In this document: piece after piece, positions 10,817-23,269 of the stretch
Numbering within the stretch: position 1 is the first letter of the stretch
Layout of the letters: the number at the start of each line of letters is the position of its first letter
From: Pelagomonas calceolata
Lineage: Eukaryota
Assembly (NCBI GenBank): GCA_918797485.1
Contig: CAKKNE010000005.1
Span: forward strand, 1,798,001 to 1,862,000
Length of the DNA: 64,000 nucleotides
Direction of reading: 5' to 3'
Notes under the pieces: model-generated
What the model was told of the DNA's origin: nothing
Databases searched by the model: none
Seen by the model: only the letters and a program-made list of their open reading frames with translations
Translations under genes and position numbers: made by a program

Positions 10817-11403
10817 CGGGCGGGCCTCGCGTCGAGTCGCATATCCGAGTCATCTATTTATCTATCTAAACTCCAGTCGTGTTTAAAGAAGAAAATTAGA
10901 ACCAAGGACGGAGCCTGAGGGAGGGAGGACGCGGCGGTCCACATCTTACGGAATGATGACTTTTACTGGACTCGGAAGTATAAAGAAAGCCTGCCAGTGG
11001 GCGGGCTCCCACCGGGTACCTAGGGCCTAGGCCCCGGTGACCGGGGCCCGGTCCGAGCTCTGACTCGGGGCGACGGCGGCGTGCGGTCAACGCAGGCCTC
11101 GCGTCGGCTCCGACTTCGTGGAATTACACGTTCAACCCCGTCGTGCCGGATCCCGAAGATGAGAGCCGCGGCCGCGGCCGAAGCGTCGTAGACTACGTCA
11201 TCACTGGCCGCGGAGATGAGGGAAACATCTTTGATGCGGGCGTCCTCGGCCGCCATCAAAAATAAAAAAAAATAAACCTAGGGGCGCGCGCGCGTATGCT
11301 GCTGGTGTAATAATAGGCTTAAACGGGTTTAGTGCGACCGCGAGCGCCGGTTTTGAGATCCGTGCAGAAGTGCCGTATTTGCCCTCCAAACGTGAGTGCC
11401 GTA

Positions 11404-11431
11404 TAACATATCCCGTCGACGGGATATGTTA
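11404..11431. repeat. Perfect 28-bp palindrome TAACATATCCCGTCGACGGGATATGTTA (near-copy at 13142-13164)
   Basis: Read directly from the sequence. Confidence 0.9.
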
Positions 11432-11524
11432 AGGGCCCCTCTAGAGTGTCCTTTGAACAGACCGCGCGGATCCATCCTTCCGCTCTCCGAGGTGTGCGTG
11501 CTGTGCATAAATTTAATCCCCGTA

Positions 11525-12229
11525 CTACGCGCCTGCCCTCCCCCGTCGCTTGTCCGCGCCGGCGGCGGCGGCGGCCAGCAACGACGCGCGCTCCTCGTCG
11601 CTCGCGTTCGCGTACATGTCCGCGAGGAGCTGCTGCGTGGAGGCGCCCTTGAGGTCGCCGTGCGCCAGGCGGGCGTCGCGGTCCGCCTTCCGCCGGTCGA
11701 GCGTGTCGTCCAGGGCGCTCCAGACGTCGCCGGGCGCCGCTTTGGCGAGACGGAGCTGGATCCGGTCCCGCTTGAGCACCAACTTGCTCCGCGCGGCGTC
11801 CACGGGGCCGCACAAGTTGGAGACGACGAGTCGCCGCGTCTTCCCGGCCCGCGCGTGCGCGAGGGCAAAGCTCCGGTCGCCGACGTCGTGCGTCGTTTCG
11901 GCGGCGGTCGCGCCCTCGACGGGCACGTAGAGCGTCACGAACTTGTCCGTCTGGTCCCAGGAATACGTTTCGAACTTCTCCATTGCGGGCGCGGGCGCGG
12001 GCGGCGGCCCGGGAGCTGGCGCTCGCGCCGGTGGTGGCGCGGGAGCCGGCGCTCGCGGCGGCGACGGCGCGGGAGCGGGTGTCGCAGGTGGCGCGGCGCG
12101 AAGACGCGCCGCGTGACCCTCGCACAGCGCCGCGGCGTAGGCCGTGCGGGCCAACTTCGCCAGCGCCGCGAGGTCCGCGGCCACGGCCTTAGGCTCCTCG
12201 TTTCCGATCTCTTGCTCGAAGGCCGCCAT
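11525..12229 (-). CDS. CS (p23-like) domain co-chaperone, CacyBP/SIP-like
   Basis: FETYSWDQTDKFVTLYV...NLCGPVDAARSK...LRLAK; C-terminal SGS-like LLADMYANASDEER. Confidence 0.8.
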   Translation of the reverse strand: MAAFEQEIGNEEPKAVAADLAALAKLARTAYAAALCEGHAARLRAAPPATPAPAPSPPRAPAPAPPPARAPAPGPPPAPAPAMEKFETYSWDQTDKFVTLYVPVEGATAAETTHDVGDRSFALAHARAGKTRRLVVSNLCGPVDAARSKLVLKRDRIQLRLAKAAPGDVWSALDDTLDRRKADRDARLAHGDLKGASTQQLLADMYANASDEERASLLAAAAAGADKRRGRAGA

Positions 12230-13196
12230 CGTAAGAACAGCTGTTCTAGTTAATGGGACAGGACGCCTGCTGCCTCCACATGCTGTCCAGAGGGATAGCA
12301 CTTGCCTAGACCCTTACCTAAAAATGGTCGGAAATCGTCGTAGCTCTCCCAGCCGCTATTAGTCTTCTTAGAACCCTCTGTATGATCGATATAAATTGTA
12401 CTGAATTTTCTTCTCCCGCAGACAGCGTCTCCAACGGACTCCACTGCTGAGCTGATTTTTGTTAGTGACTTTAGCAAGAAAACCACGCTAAAATGCGGGC
12501 TAAAACAGTACTTTAGGCAAAGGAGTGGATACAAGCGAGCCAGGGTATGCTCAAGCCACGCGGGTTCGTGCCCTGGGGCCTTCCAGGGCCAACCCGTGGG
12601 CGCCGCGACGCCGCCGCGTTAGCCTCGAAAACGAAGGGGACTGCTCGGATGGGGGGAGGGTCGGGGTGGGGCCCACAGATTACACGCCTCTCCATCCTGC
12701 GCAGCCCTCCGGACGGACTTGGGCATCGAAACTGACCCCTGGTAAGCATATAATATCAAACATTATATTTTTTATGTATGGAGAGGTAGCTAGCAATTAG
12801 CTAGCCTCAATTTAACCGACGGTTTTTTCGCGGTTTTGCGGGACCCCTCCCCGCCCCAGGGGCAAGGTCTACATTCTAGTGTCTTACGGGCCGCTAGGCA
12901 CGATGTGGGGAAGTGGGTTCCTCTCCCATGGCCGCGAGCTGAACGTAGGCTTCCTGGCGGTCGTAGGCGCGTGTTGGTGAAGTCCGGGTGGACGCCGACA
13001 CAAGATCTGGAATGTAGCGACGCGCGGGGGGTGAACGGATCCGCTCAGACTGACTCATCGCCGATCCCGCAAATCCAAATTCACATTGAGGACTAAGGCG
13101 GGATGGGACCTGGCAGCGGGATTTCAAGTTGAATTTTCAACTATCCCGTCGGCGGGATATGTTACAACCAAGCCGCCTGGGAAAACTTGCATCAAC

Positions 13197-14090
13197 TTAA
13201 CCACCGCGGGGCGCGCGCGCTGCGGGCGGCGGCCGGCGTACCCGCCGGCCCGGCGCCGCGAGCCGTCGCAAGCGGTACGCCCACGCGGCGAGCAAGGCGA
13301 AAGCGGCCAGGCAAAGCCAGAGCGGCGAGGTCCAAGGCCATAGATACCACAGACCGGCGCCGGTAGTTCGTCCGCTCGGGGCGGGCGCCCGTAAGTCTCC
13401 GTCGGGCGGCGCGCAGAGCATGCAGCGCGAGCGGCGCTTCGTCCACACGGCCTGGTCGTGGAGCAGCGCCGCCGCGGCCTTGGCCGCCTGGGCCGCGCCG
13501 CGCGCCGCGCGCCGGGCGGCCTCGGCGGAGCCCGTGCGCTGCGCGCGTTTCCACGCGCCGCGCTTGAACTCGCCGGCGCGCGTCATCGCGGCCACGGTCC
13601 GCACGCCGAGGCCGTCGTACCGCAGGTCGGCGCCGAAGTCCCCGGCGTACTCCTCGGCCGCCGCGGGGTCCGCGAGCGTCCCCCGCGCGAGCGAGTCGTT
13701 GCGGAAGCGGCCCGCGTACACGCCGCCCGCGCACGCCGCGCCGCCGGCCTCGTCGCCGCCGCCGCCCGCGCACAGGACGCCGGGGCCCTCGAGCTCGCCC
13801 CGCGGGCCGAAGGCGCCCACGTGGAGCGAGTACGCGCCGGGCCCCGGCGCCCTGTCGTCGGCGTGGCGCACGTACGCGACGCCGCGGCCGCCCGCGCAGG
13901 CGCCGCGCAGACAGCCGCGCGCGTAGGCCGCGTCGGGGTCGCGGGCGCGCACCTCGTCGCGGAGGCGCCGCAGGAGGCGCGGCAGGCGGATGAGGTCCGG
14001 CCCGTCGAGGACGGCGACGTCGAGGTCCCGGAACGAGAGTCCCATTGCGCCGACCGCCCAGACGGCCGCGGCGGCGCCTTGCCACCGCAT
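13197..14090 (-). CDS. MORN-repeat-like protein
   Basis: HVGAF..GELEGPG, YAGRFRNDSLARG, YAGDF..LRYDGLG, RAGEFKRG; possible signal peptide and C-terminal TM. Confidence 0.65.
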   Translation of the reverse strand: MRWQGAAAAVWAVGAMGLSFRDLDVAVLDGPDLIRLPRLLRRLRDEVRARDPDAAYARGCLRGACAGGRGVAYVRHADDRAPGPGAYSLHVGAFGPRGELEGPGVLCAGGGGDEAGGAACAGGVYAGRFRNDSLARGTLADPAAAEEYAGDFGADLRYDGLGVRTVAAMTRAGEFKRGAWKRAQRTGSAEAARRAARGAAQAAKAAAALLHDQAVWTKRRSRCMLCAPPDGDLRAPAPSGRTTGAGLWYLWPWTSPLWLCLAAFALLAAWAYRLRRLAAPGRRVRRPPPAARAPRGG

Positions 14091-14205
14091 CGCGGCTCTC
14101 GGGGTCCTGGCGGCGGACTAAGTAGGTTCTTGAGACGTGTTGTTGTTGGCGCAGCGGATGGCTCTCGCGAGTCGGCTGTCTCTAGCTATTTCTGGCCATC
14201 ATGAG

Positions 14206-14252
14206 GTACCATGTAAAATCAGCTTCGAGTCCCATCGAGTTTTACATGGTAC
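14206..14252. repeat. 13-bp inverted repeat GTACCATGTAAAA / TTTTACATGGTAC with 21-nt spacer
   Basis: Read directly from the sequence; could be a TA-flanked mini-MITE remnant. Confidence 0.6.
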
Positions 14253-14857
14253 AGTACCCTGGGGCTACGGGAGGCGCCGTACCCACGGTACTCACTGAAC
14301 CTACTTTATCCGGGCATTCAAGATATAATTGAAATAACTAGGATAGTTGGGAGATTTATGAGTGGAAAGGAGCACCACCGCGCGAGCCACACGCCTACCT
14401 TGACCGTGACTGCATTGTGGCGCCTTGCCCGGCGTAACTAAGACACCTATTACACAACACCACCCCCGAGACGTCTCCGCCGGGAACAGTCTCGAGGAAG
14501 TGATCCTCATCAACAACGGACCAATCGGGCGCCGAGGCCTTGGAGTCGTCGCCCTCCGCGGCCGCCGCAGGCGCTCAAGGCTGCCCGAAAAACGCGCAGC
14601 GGCGCACACGATGAAGAACAGTTCTTTATTCACACGACCAGGGGGGGAGGGGGGCTCAGGACTAGTCCTCGTCCTTGCCAGACCGTCTAGCCAGACCGCT
14701 CGACCGCTAACGATTCAGCCTTGTAGACGTAATCTTTACCTCTTGCACCTCGAACTTTCGCAATGTCGGCTTTAACGTCGCTGGTTGGAGCTAATTTATA
14801 GAGCACATTAAAGGAAAGCTTGCAGTTTTCGACCTTGTCTCCCCAATTGTTAGATAA

Positions 14858-15506
14858 ATGATTGACCCGGACGACCAGGTAAGCCTTGGCGAGCTTACCA
14901 AACTTGTCACCACAACCTTTTTAACTTGGTTCCGCACAGAAATCAACGTAGTTCCAATCTTTCAAGGGAGGATATTTATTGCCGTCCACCCAGACCTCCT
15001 TCTCCCACAGATTCACCATGCCGGTGGCGGTGATGATCGCGGCAGCCAAGCACGCCATCATCGCCTTCTACACGTTGCAAATGATATCGCACGTACTCAC
15101 GAACCTCGATTACTACAACGCCAAGGTCCTGGAGGGATTTCAGACCGTCTTGTATCCGTTCGACTTAGTCCTGGGAGGATGGGCGGTCTTCCTCCTCGTC
15201 GCGGCCTTAGGCGGCATCTGGCGGGAATTCGACCCCGCGGGCTTCAACATGTTCGTGAATACCATCGACAACGGCGTGTTCAACGGCTTCTTCGGCGTGG
15301 CCGCCCAGCCGCCGCCGGCCCACGGCATCTTCCGCGGCCTCTTCGGCCACGGCGGCCGCGGCGCCGCAGCCGCGCCCGAAGCCGCGGCCCAGGAGCGGTC
15401 CCGCGTGCGCCGCCGCGTGTCGGAGTCTCCGGGCTTCTTCGAGCGCACGGGCCACGCGATGGACACCTACCTGACGCCGCCGCGCCGCGGGCAGCACCCC
15501 CAGTAA
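14858..15506 (+). CDS. Hypothetical membrane protein; predicted exons 14858-14878, 14940-14947 (8-nt microexon), 15011-15506
   Basis: CAG|GTAAGC donor, CGCACAG and CCCACAG acceptors. Phases join only if the 8-nt exon is used (MIDPDDQKSTFTMPVAVMI...). Two hydrophobic segments. Confidence 0.5.
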
Positions 15507-15599
15507 CCGAGTCGACCCCCTCCCCTTCCCCCGTCCTACCCCGCCCTTACCCCTTCCCTCCCCCATCCCTTTCCCCGCGCGACCCCTCCCCTCCGACTA

Positions 15600-15669
15600 C
15601 TAAGGTTACGATTACATAACGACCGCACGGTGCGCTAAGGTTACGATTACGTAACGACCGCACGGTGCG
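15600..15669 (+). repeat. 35-bp tandem duplication
   Basis: CTAAGGTTACGATTAC(A/G)TAACGACCGCACGGTGCG x2. Confidence 0.9.
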
Positions 15670-15892
15670 CTTGCAGCCGCCGCTCTACGGCGCCAAAGCA
15701 CCTAGCGACGCACGAGCACCGCACCGGCCGGCGCGCGAGGCTGCCCCGAGGCGGCTGCTCGAAGAGAAGCAGCGCAGCGAGTCGCGCGATCCGTCGCGGT
15801 TGCCGCGGGCGTTGCGCGCACGGGAAGCGACTGCGACGCGACCCCGCGGGACGCGAGAACTCCGCGGTCGCCACCGGACCGCGCGCCCCGCG

Positions 15893-18800
15893 ATGCCGTC
15901 GTCGCGGTCCCGCTCGCGCGGCGGCGACGACCGCCTCCGCGAGGGCGACGAGGTCGAGGCCGACTACCGCGGCAAGGGGAAGTACTACCCGGCCCGCGTC
16001 GCCCGCGTCCACCGCGACGGCACGGTGGACGTGAAGTACGACGACGGCGACCGCGAGGCGGGCGTCCCGCCGCGCCGCTGCCGCAAGCGCGGGGGCGGCG
16101 GCGGCGCGGGGGCCCTCCGCGAGGGCGACGAGGTCGAGGCCGACTACCGCGGGCGCGGCAAGTTCTACGCCGGCAAAATCACGCGCGACCGGCGCGACGG
16201 CACCTACGACGTCCGCTACGACGACGGCGACGCCGAGACGCGCGTCGCGGCGCGGCTGATCCGGCGGAAGGGCCAGGCCCGGGCCCGCGACGAGGGCCAG
16301 GACGCGCGCTGGCGCGCCGGCCAGCGGTGCGAGGGCCGCTTCCGGGGCGGGGAGCGGTGGCACGCGGCCGAGGTGCGGCGCGTGCACTCGGACGGCTCCC
16401 TGGACCTGCGCTACGACGACGGCGACGAGGAGGTGCGGGTCCGGCCGCACCTGGTGCGAGTGGCGACCCGCGATCGGTCGCGGTCGCGGTCGCGGTCGAA
16501 GTCCAAGTCGCGGTCGCCCCGCGGCCGGAACCGGAGCCGGAGCCGCGGCCGGAGCCGGTCGCGGAGCCGGTCGCGGAGCCGGTCGCGGAGCCGGTCCCGG
16601 TCCCGGTCGCGGTCCGGGTCGCAGAGCCGGTCGCCCGCAGTACGGGACGCGTTCCGGGCGGGCGACCGCGTCGAGGCGCGCGCGCCGGGCGGGGACACGT
16701 GGTCCAAGGCCAAGATTCGCCGCGTCCACGACTCGGACGGGACGTACGACCTCGACTTTGAAGATGGAAAGCGGGAACGCCGCGTCAAGGCCAAGTACGT
16801 GCGGAAGCGCGGGCGGAGCCGGAGCCGCTCGTCGAGCGAGTCGTCGCGGAGCCCCGCGCGCGGGAAGCGCAGCATCTGGGGGCGGCTCCGGGGCCGCGGC
16901 GATCGCGGCGCGTCGGCGTCGCCGCGCGCGGCCGAGTTCTGCGGCCGCGCGGCGTACGCGGCGCTCGCCGCGCGCGCCGGGGCCCTCCGCGAGCGCCTCG
17001 AGCGGGCCGACCGCCGGCGCGCGGGCGCGTGCGCGCCGCGCGCGCTCGAGGACGCCGTCAAGAGGGCCTGCGACCTGCGGGGCGCGGAGCGGCGCGGCGC
17101 CGAGCGCGTCGTCGCGGCGTTCGCCGCGGCGGCGGGCGCGGAGGCCGTGCGCTACGCGCCGCTGCTGGACCTGTTGGCCGAGGCCGAGGGGAAGGCCGCC
17201 GGGGGCGACGCGCTGGCGGAGGCGTTCCGCGGGCTCCGGAAGGGCGCGCGGAGGGCGCGGCTGTCCGAGGACCGGCTCGCGGCGAAGCTCGGGCGCGCGG
17301 ACGGCAGGCGCGCGGGAGCCGTCGGCGCCAAGGACCTCGAGCGGGCCCTGGAGCGGCTCGGCGTGGCGATGGACCGGAAGGCGCGCGACGCGCTCGCGAA
17401 GCGCTTCGCCGAGAAGAGGCGGAGCCGCTTCTCCGCGAGCGCGGGCGTCGGCTACGCGGCGGTCGCGCGCTGGGCGCTGGCCGACGAGAGGGCGGCGAGG
17501 AAGCGGCTCGCGGCCGCGTTCGAGGCGGCGCCCGAGGTCGCGCGGGCGGCGGCGAAGCTGGGGCGGGAGGTCGAGGTCGACGCGTGGCTCGACTTCGCGC
17601 GGCGCGCCGGCCTGCCGCTCTGCGACGGCGAGCTCCGGGCGCTCGCGGCCGCCTGGGACGCGGACGGCGCCGGCGCGTTCCCGGCGCGGGCGCTGCGGAA
17701 GCTCGGCGCCGGGAGCGACGACGCGTCGTCGCGGTCGTCGCGGTCGCGGTCGCGGTCGCGGAGCCGGTCGGAGTCCCAGTCGCGGAGCCGGTCGCGGTCG
17801 CGGTCGCGGTCGCGGTCTCGGTCGCCGGGCCGCGCCGCGGACGCGGACGCCGTCGTCGCCGCGGCGACGCGCGACGCGCTGCGCCGCTGGGTCGCGCGGC
17901 GCGGCGGCGGCCTGCGCAAGGCCTTCCGCGACGCCGACCGCGACGGCTCGGGCGTCGTCGACGCCGGCGAGCTGCGGCGCTTCGTCGAGGACGCGTCGGG
18001 CCTCGACGTGGGCGGGCGGCAGCTCGACGCGCTGCTGGACCTCATGGACGCCGACGGCGACGGCCGCGTCTCGTATTACGACTTCGCAGCGTTCGCGCGC
18101 GCGTCGGGCGGCGAGCGCGACTCGGCGGACGCCGGGCGCCTCGCGAAGCTGCGCGCGCGCCTCGCGAAGGGCGCCGCGCGGGCGGGGCCGGCCGCGCTCG
18201 ACCGCGCGTTCCGCGCGCAGAAGGACGCGGACGCGTGCGACGCGACGGCCCCGCCCAAGGGCGTGCAGCGGGCGCTCGAGGAGGAGCTCGGCGTGAAACT
18301 GGCGCGCGACGACGAGGCCGCGCTGCGCGCGGCCTTCGGCGTCGGCGACGGCCGCGTCGACTACGGCGACGTCGCCGCGTGGCTCCTCGTCGACGCGCCG
18401 CGCGCCGCGAAGAAGGCCCGGCGCGGCCTGCGGCGCTACGAGAAGGAGTTCGGCGACCGCCGCGCGGCCTTCGAGGCCGTCGACGCGAAGAAGCGGGGCG
18501 CGATCGACGCGCGGCGGTTCCGCGAGGCGCTGCAGAACGTCGCGTGCGTGTCGGACGCGGAGGCGCGGTGCCTCTTCGACGTCTTTGACCGGGACGGCAG
18601 CGGCAGCATCGACTACGCCGAGTTCGCGGACCTCGCGGCGAAGGGCCGCCTGCCGGACGCGCGGCGGTCGCCGTCGCCGGCGTCGGACGCGTCGTCGGGG
18701 AGCCGCGGCGGCGGCGACGACGGCGACGACGACGCCGTGGCCGTCCTCCCGAAGCCGTTCCTCCGCGCGCTGCGGCGCTGGGCCGACGAGGCGCAGCTCC

Positions 18801-19734
18801 GGGACCGCGGCGGGCTCCGCGGCGTCTTCGCCCGCTACGACAAGGCCGGCGACGGGTCGCTGGACGCGAGGAAGCTGCGCAAGCTCGTGGCGAAGGCCGT
18901 CGACGACGTCGACGACGACGCCGTGGACGCGCTGCTCGCGCTGCTGGACACGGACGGCGACGGCCGCGTCTCGTACGCGGAGTTCGCGGCCTTCGTCGGG
19001 GGCCCGGCGCGGGAGCCCGCGGGGCTCGACGACCTGCGCACGTCCCTGCGACGGCAGCTCCGCAAGAAGCGCCGCGGGGGCCGCTTCTCGCGCGCGACGC
19101 CCGTCGACGTCTGCGCGGCGCTCGCCGCGCGCGATGAGGCGCGCGAGGGGCGCCTGGAGCGGGCGGCCTTCGACCGCGCGCTCGCGCGCGCGCCCCTGGG
19201 CCTCAAGCTCGAGCGGGGCCAGGCCGCGGCGCTCACGCGCAAGTTCCGCCTCGGCGACGACGGCGTCGACTACGTCGCGTTCGCCAAGTGGCTCGGCCCG
19301 GACGCGGCGGGGCCGGCGGCGTGGGCCTTTGGGGACAAGGACCAGCGCGCGCTGCGGCGGCGGCTCCGCGTCGACCAGGACGCCAAGGACGGCGCCTTCG
19401 GCGACGCGATTGGCGTCGACGCGCTGCGCCGCGCCGAGGCCAGGGTCGGCAAGGCGGTGGAGCTCGTCCGCGCGAAGCTGGGGAAGGACGGGGCCGTCTC
19501 CTCGAAGGCCCTGCGGAAGGCGCTGCGGGGCGCGCTCGACCACGACGGCGACGGCCGCGTCTCGCGCGCGGAGCTGCGGGGCGCGCTCCGGCGCTTCGGC
19601 GTGCCGCTGGCGCCGGACGAGGAGAACGCGCTGCTCGACAAGTACGACGAGGACGGCGCGGGCGACGTCGACACGGACCTCTTCGTCCGGGGCCTGTGCG
19701 ACCTGCCGGCGGGCGGCGACGCGCGGCGGCCGCG

Positions 19735-19766
<32 letters not shown>

Positions 19767-22700
19767 AGCAACGCGACGCCGACGCCGACGACGGGCGGCG
19801 CGGCGGCGGCGACGTCGTCCGGCGCGTCCGGCGGGCCATCCGGGGCGAGGACCCGGCGCGGTGGGCCGACGCGGTCGCCGACGCGTTCCGCGACATGGAC
19901 GCGAACGGCGACGGCGAGGTCGACGGCGACGAGCTCGCGGCGTGGCTCGCCAAACGGCTGGGCGTGGACCTGAGCGCGGGCGACCGGCGGACCCTCGTCG
20001 ACTGCCTGGACGTGGACGCGTCGGGCACGATCTCGCACGACGAGTTCCTGGACTTTGCCGTGGAGCCGCCGGCGGGGCGCGAGATCGGCCAGGTCGCGAG
20101 GCGGCTCCGCAAGGCGCTCGGCGAGGACGGCCTCCTGAGCCTGCGCGCGGAGCTGGCGCGCGCCGACGCGAACCGCGACGGGGCCGTGGCCGCGGAGGCG
20201 TTCTGGGAGGCGGTCCGGGCCGTCGCCGGCGAGCTGGGCGTGAAGCCGGGCAAGCTCGACGTCCGGCCCGCGGACCGGCGCGCGCTCGAGGAGCGCTTCT
20301 GCAGCCGCGGCGACGAGTCCCGGGTGCGGCACGCGCACATCCTGCAGTGGCTCGAGGCGGGGCTCGTGGACCGCGCGCTCGCGCGGCTGCGCCGGCGCCT
20401 CGAGCAGCTCGAGAAGAGGCGGGGCAACGGCGGCGCGCACCTCGACGCGCGCGCCGTGTTCCGCAAGTGCTGCTCGCGCGACGGCGAGCTGACCCGCGAC
20501 GACCTGGGCAGGGCTTGCAAGCGGTGCGGCCTCACGCTGTCGGCGACGGCCCTGGACGCGGCCTTCAAGGCCCTCGACAAGGACAACTCCGGGAGCATCA
20601 GCTGGGGCGAGTTCCGGAGCGAGCTCTTCTCGGCGCGGCGCGACGCCGACGGCGACGCGCGGCGCGGCGGCGGCGGCGGCGGCGACGACGAGCTGGCCAC
20701 CGCGCTGGAGCGGATCTTCGGCGCGCACGACGGCGACCGCAACGGCATGCTCCAGCGGTCCGAGGTGAAGCGCGTCGCGCCGCACGCGCTGCGGGCCTTC
20801 GGCCTCCAGCCCTCGGCGGACGACCTCAGGGCCTTCGAGGACACGCTCAAGTCCGCGGCGAGCGACGGCCGCCGCGCGCTGACGTACCGCCAGTTCGAGG
20901 ACGCGGCGCTGGCCGAGGTGCGCAAGTCGCTGGACGAGCGCGCGCGCGCGCCGCAGCGGCGCGCGGCGGCGCTGGACCAGCTCCGGGCGCGGCTCGGGGC
21001 GCTCGCCGGCGGCGCGGCGACGGTGCCGCGCGGGGACTTCGAGCGGCTCTGCGCGTCCGCGGCGGGCGGCGGCCTGGACGCGGACGACTGCCGCGCGCTC
21101 GCGGAGTGCTGCGCGGCCTACGAGGGGTCGGCGGCGCCGAAGGCGCCCGCGGTCGACGCCGACGAGGTGCTTCGGCTGGCGGCGGCGGCGGCGCGCGGCG
21201 GCGCGGCCGCGGCCGCGCGCGAGGCGGCCGCGTGCCCCTTCGCGGGGCGCGGGGGCGACGCGGACCGGGTGGGCGCGGCGGCGGCCAAGCTGCTGCGCGG
21301 GCCCCGCCTCGGCGACCCCGAGGGCTACATGCTCGCCTTCGGCCACCCGCGGTCGGCGCTCCCGGCGGGCTTCGCCGCGCCCGCGCTCGCGGCGGCCGCG
21401 CGCGAGCCGACGCACTCCCTCGGGGCGGCGCTGGCGCCGCCGGCGCTCGTCGCCGGCCCGCCGCGCGGCGGGCGCGGCGCCGTCCGGCGCGTCCGCGTCC
21501 AGGGCGCGGCGGCGGTGCCCGCGCCGCCGCGGCGGCGCGGCGGGGGCGACGACCGCGCGGTGCGCGTCGTCCGCTGCTGCCTCTTCGACGCCGGCGCGGG
21601 CGCCGACGGCGTCCGGAGCAACGTGCACGAGGTCCCCGCGACGGGCGACGGCGCGGCGTGGGCGTTCGCGCCGCGGCGCGCGGCGGCCGCGGGCGGCGCC
21701 CCGAGGCTCCGCGCGCGGCTCGACGCCTACGACAGCGCCGAGTTCCTCGTCGCCGCGGACGACGAGACCGCCCAGCTCTCGCTCCTCTTCGAGCTCGCGA
21801 CGACGGTGCCGCGGGCCTACTTCGACGGCCGCGCCGCCGAGGCGGAGGACGACGAGAAGAAGCAGCGGCGCGCCGCGGCCGAGGCGCTGGGCAGCGACTA
21901 CGAGTCCGCGTCCGACTCGGACTACGGCATGGACGACGCGAGCGCCGCCGCCGACAGCGGCTCGGACGACGACGACGACGCCGACGGCGGCTCGGGCGGG
22001 GACTCGCGGCGCCGCCGGCGCAACGCGAACAAGGGGGACGGCGACGACAGCGACCGCGTCTACTCGGACTCGGACTCCGACGCGTCGCGGCGCCGGTCGA
22101 CGACGAAGAAGAAGCCGCGGGGGAAGCACAGGAAGTCGCGCCGCCCGGCGAAGGCCGGCCGGCGCCCCGCGTGGTTCCGGGGCCGCGCGGCGGGCCGCGC
22201 CGCGGCGGCCAAGCCGCGCGACCCGTCGCCCGCCGCCGACCACGACGCGCGCCCGCGCGCCGGGGGCGCCGTCGAGGTGACGTGCGGCTGGGGAGTCGTG
22301 TCCCTGGCGGAGCTGCGCGCGTCGTCGACGGTCACGGTCCCGCTCAAGGGCGGGGCGCCGTGGGGCGAGACGGAGTTCGGGGCGGACGGCGCGGCGCCGA
22401 GCAGCCTGTGGCGGACGCTGACCGGCTCCGCGGGCGCGCCGCGCCTGACGCTCCGCGTCGCGGGCGGCGCGGCCGCCGAGGCGGCGCCGCGCGGCTGCCT
22501 CGTGCCGGTGCCGCTCGCGCCGCTGCTGAACGCGTACCACGCGTACCTGGACGCGTACCTGCGGCGCCACGTCGCGGCGTCGTCGACGCACGTCGCCGAC
22601 CCCGTCCTCGCCGTCTTCCGCCGCATCCTGTCGCTCGACGCGGGCCGCCGCGCGCTCCACGCGCTCTGGACCGACCGCGTCGCGGCGCACGCGCGGCAAA

Positions 22701-23002
22701 ACCCCGGCCGGCGCGCGGACGCGGCAAACGCAGCGCTCCAGGAGGCCGTCTGCGAGCTCTGGCCCGCGTGCGAGGCGCTCCTCGCCGCCGCGCCGGGCGG
22801 CGGGGCCGTCGACCTCGACGCCCGCGTCGTCGCCGCGGCGCGGCCGACGCTCTGCGCCGCCGTGGCCCCCGCCGAGGCCGTCGAGCAGGCCGTCGCGCTG
22901 CTGGGCGAGGTGCTCGACGACGACGAGGGCGACGGGCGGTCGCCGCGCGCCGGCCAGGGCCTCTTCGCACCCTTCCACACGTCGGAGCTCGTACCCATGT
23001 GA
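15893..23002 (+). CDS. ~2370-aa protein: 4 Tudor/Agenet-like repeats, RS repeats, many EF-hands, C-terminal nephrocystin-1-like region
   Basis: EGDEVEADYRGKGKYYPARV..DGTVDVKYDDGD repeats; DRDGSGVVDAGE, DADGDGRVSYYD, DRDGSGSIDYAEF, DKDNSGSISWGEF EF-hands; LLFEL..EVTCGWG..VPLKGGAPW..DPVLAVF resembles the NPHP1 C-terminus. Confidence 0.8.
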
Positions 23003-23269
23003 TGAGCCCCCCCCCCCTTGCCGGCGCCACCACCCCGGGTAAGGTCACATCCATAGCGCATCATCACGACCTCCGGGGGGACTTAGCTGGGAACTTGCTG
23101 TTACGGTGCGACCGCCCCGGGCGAGCTCGGCGGGTCGCGCGGCCGCTTCCGCGACCGGCCGCTTTGCCGAAGTTTGCGGTACAGAACGGTAGCCGCCTCG
23201 GCGGCGGCGTCGGCACGGCGTCGCGGGCAGGGGAGTTTGCGATGAAGTGTGCTGTTAGCTCCCCCTGCC

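Noticed and set aside
15647..22978. 2443-aa antisense ORF and many other long R/A/G/P-rich overlapping ORFs
   Set aside because: Shadow ORFs caused by very high GC and GC3; they lack domain motifs, whereas the opposite frame has clear ones.
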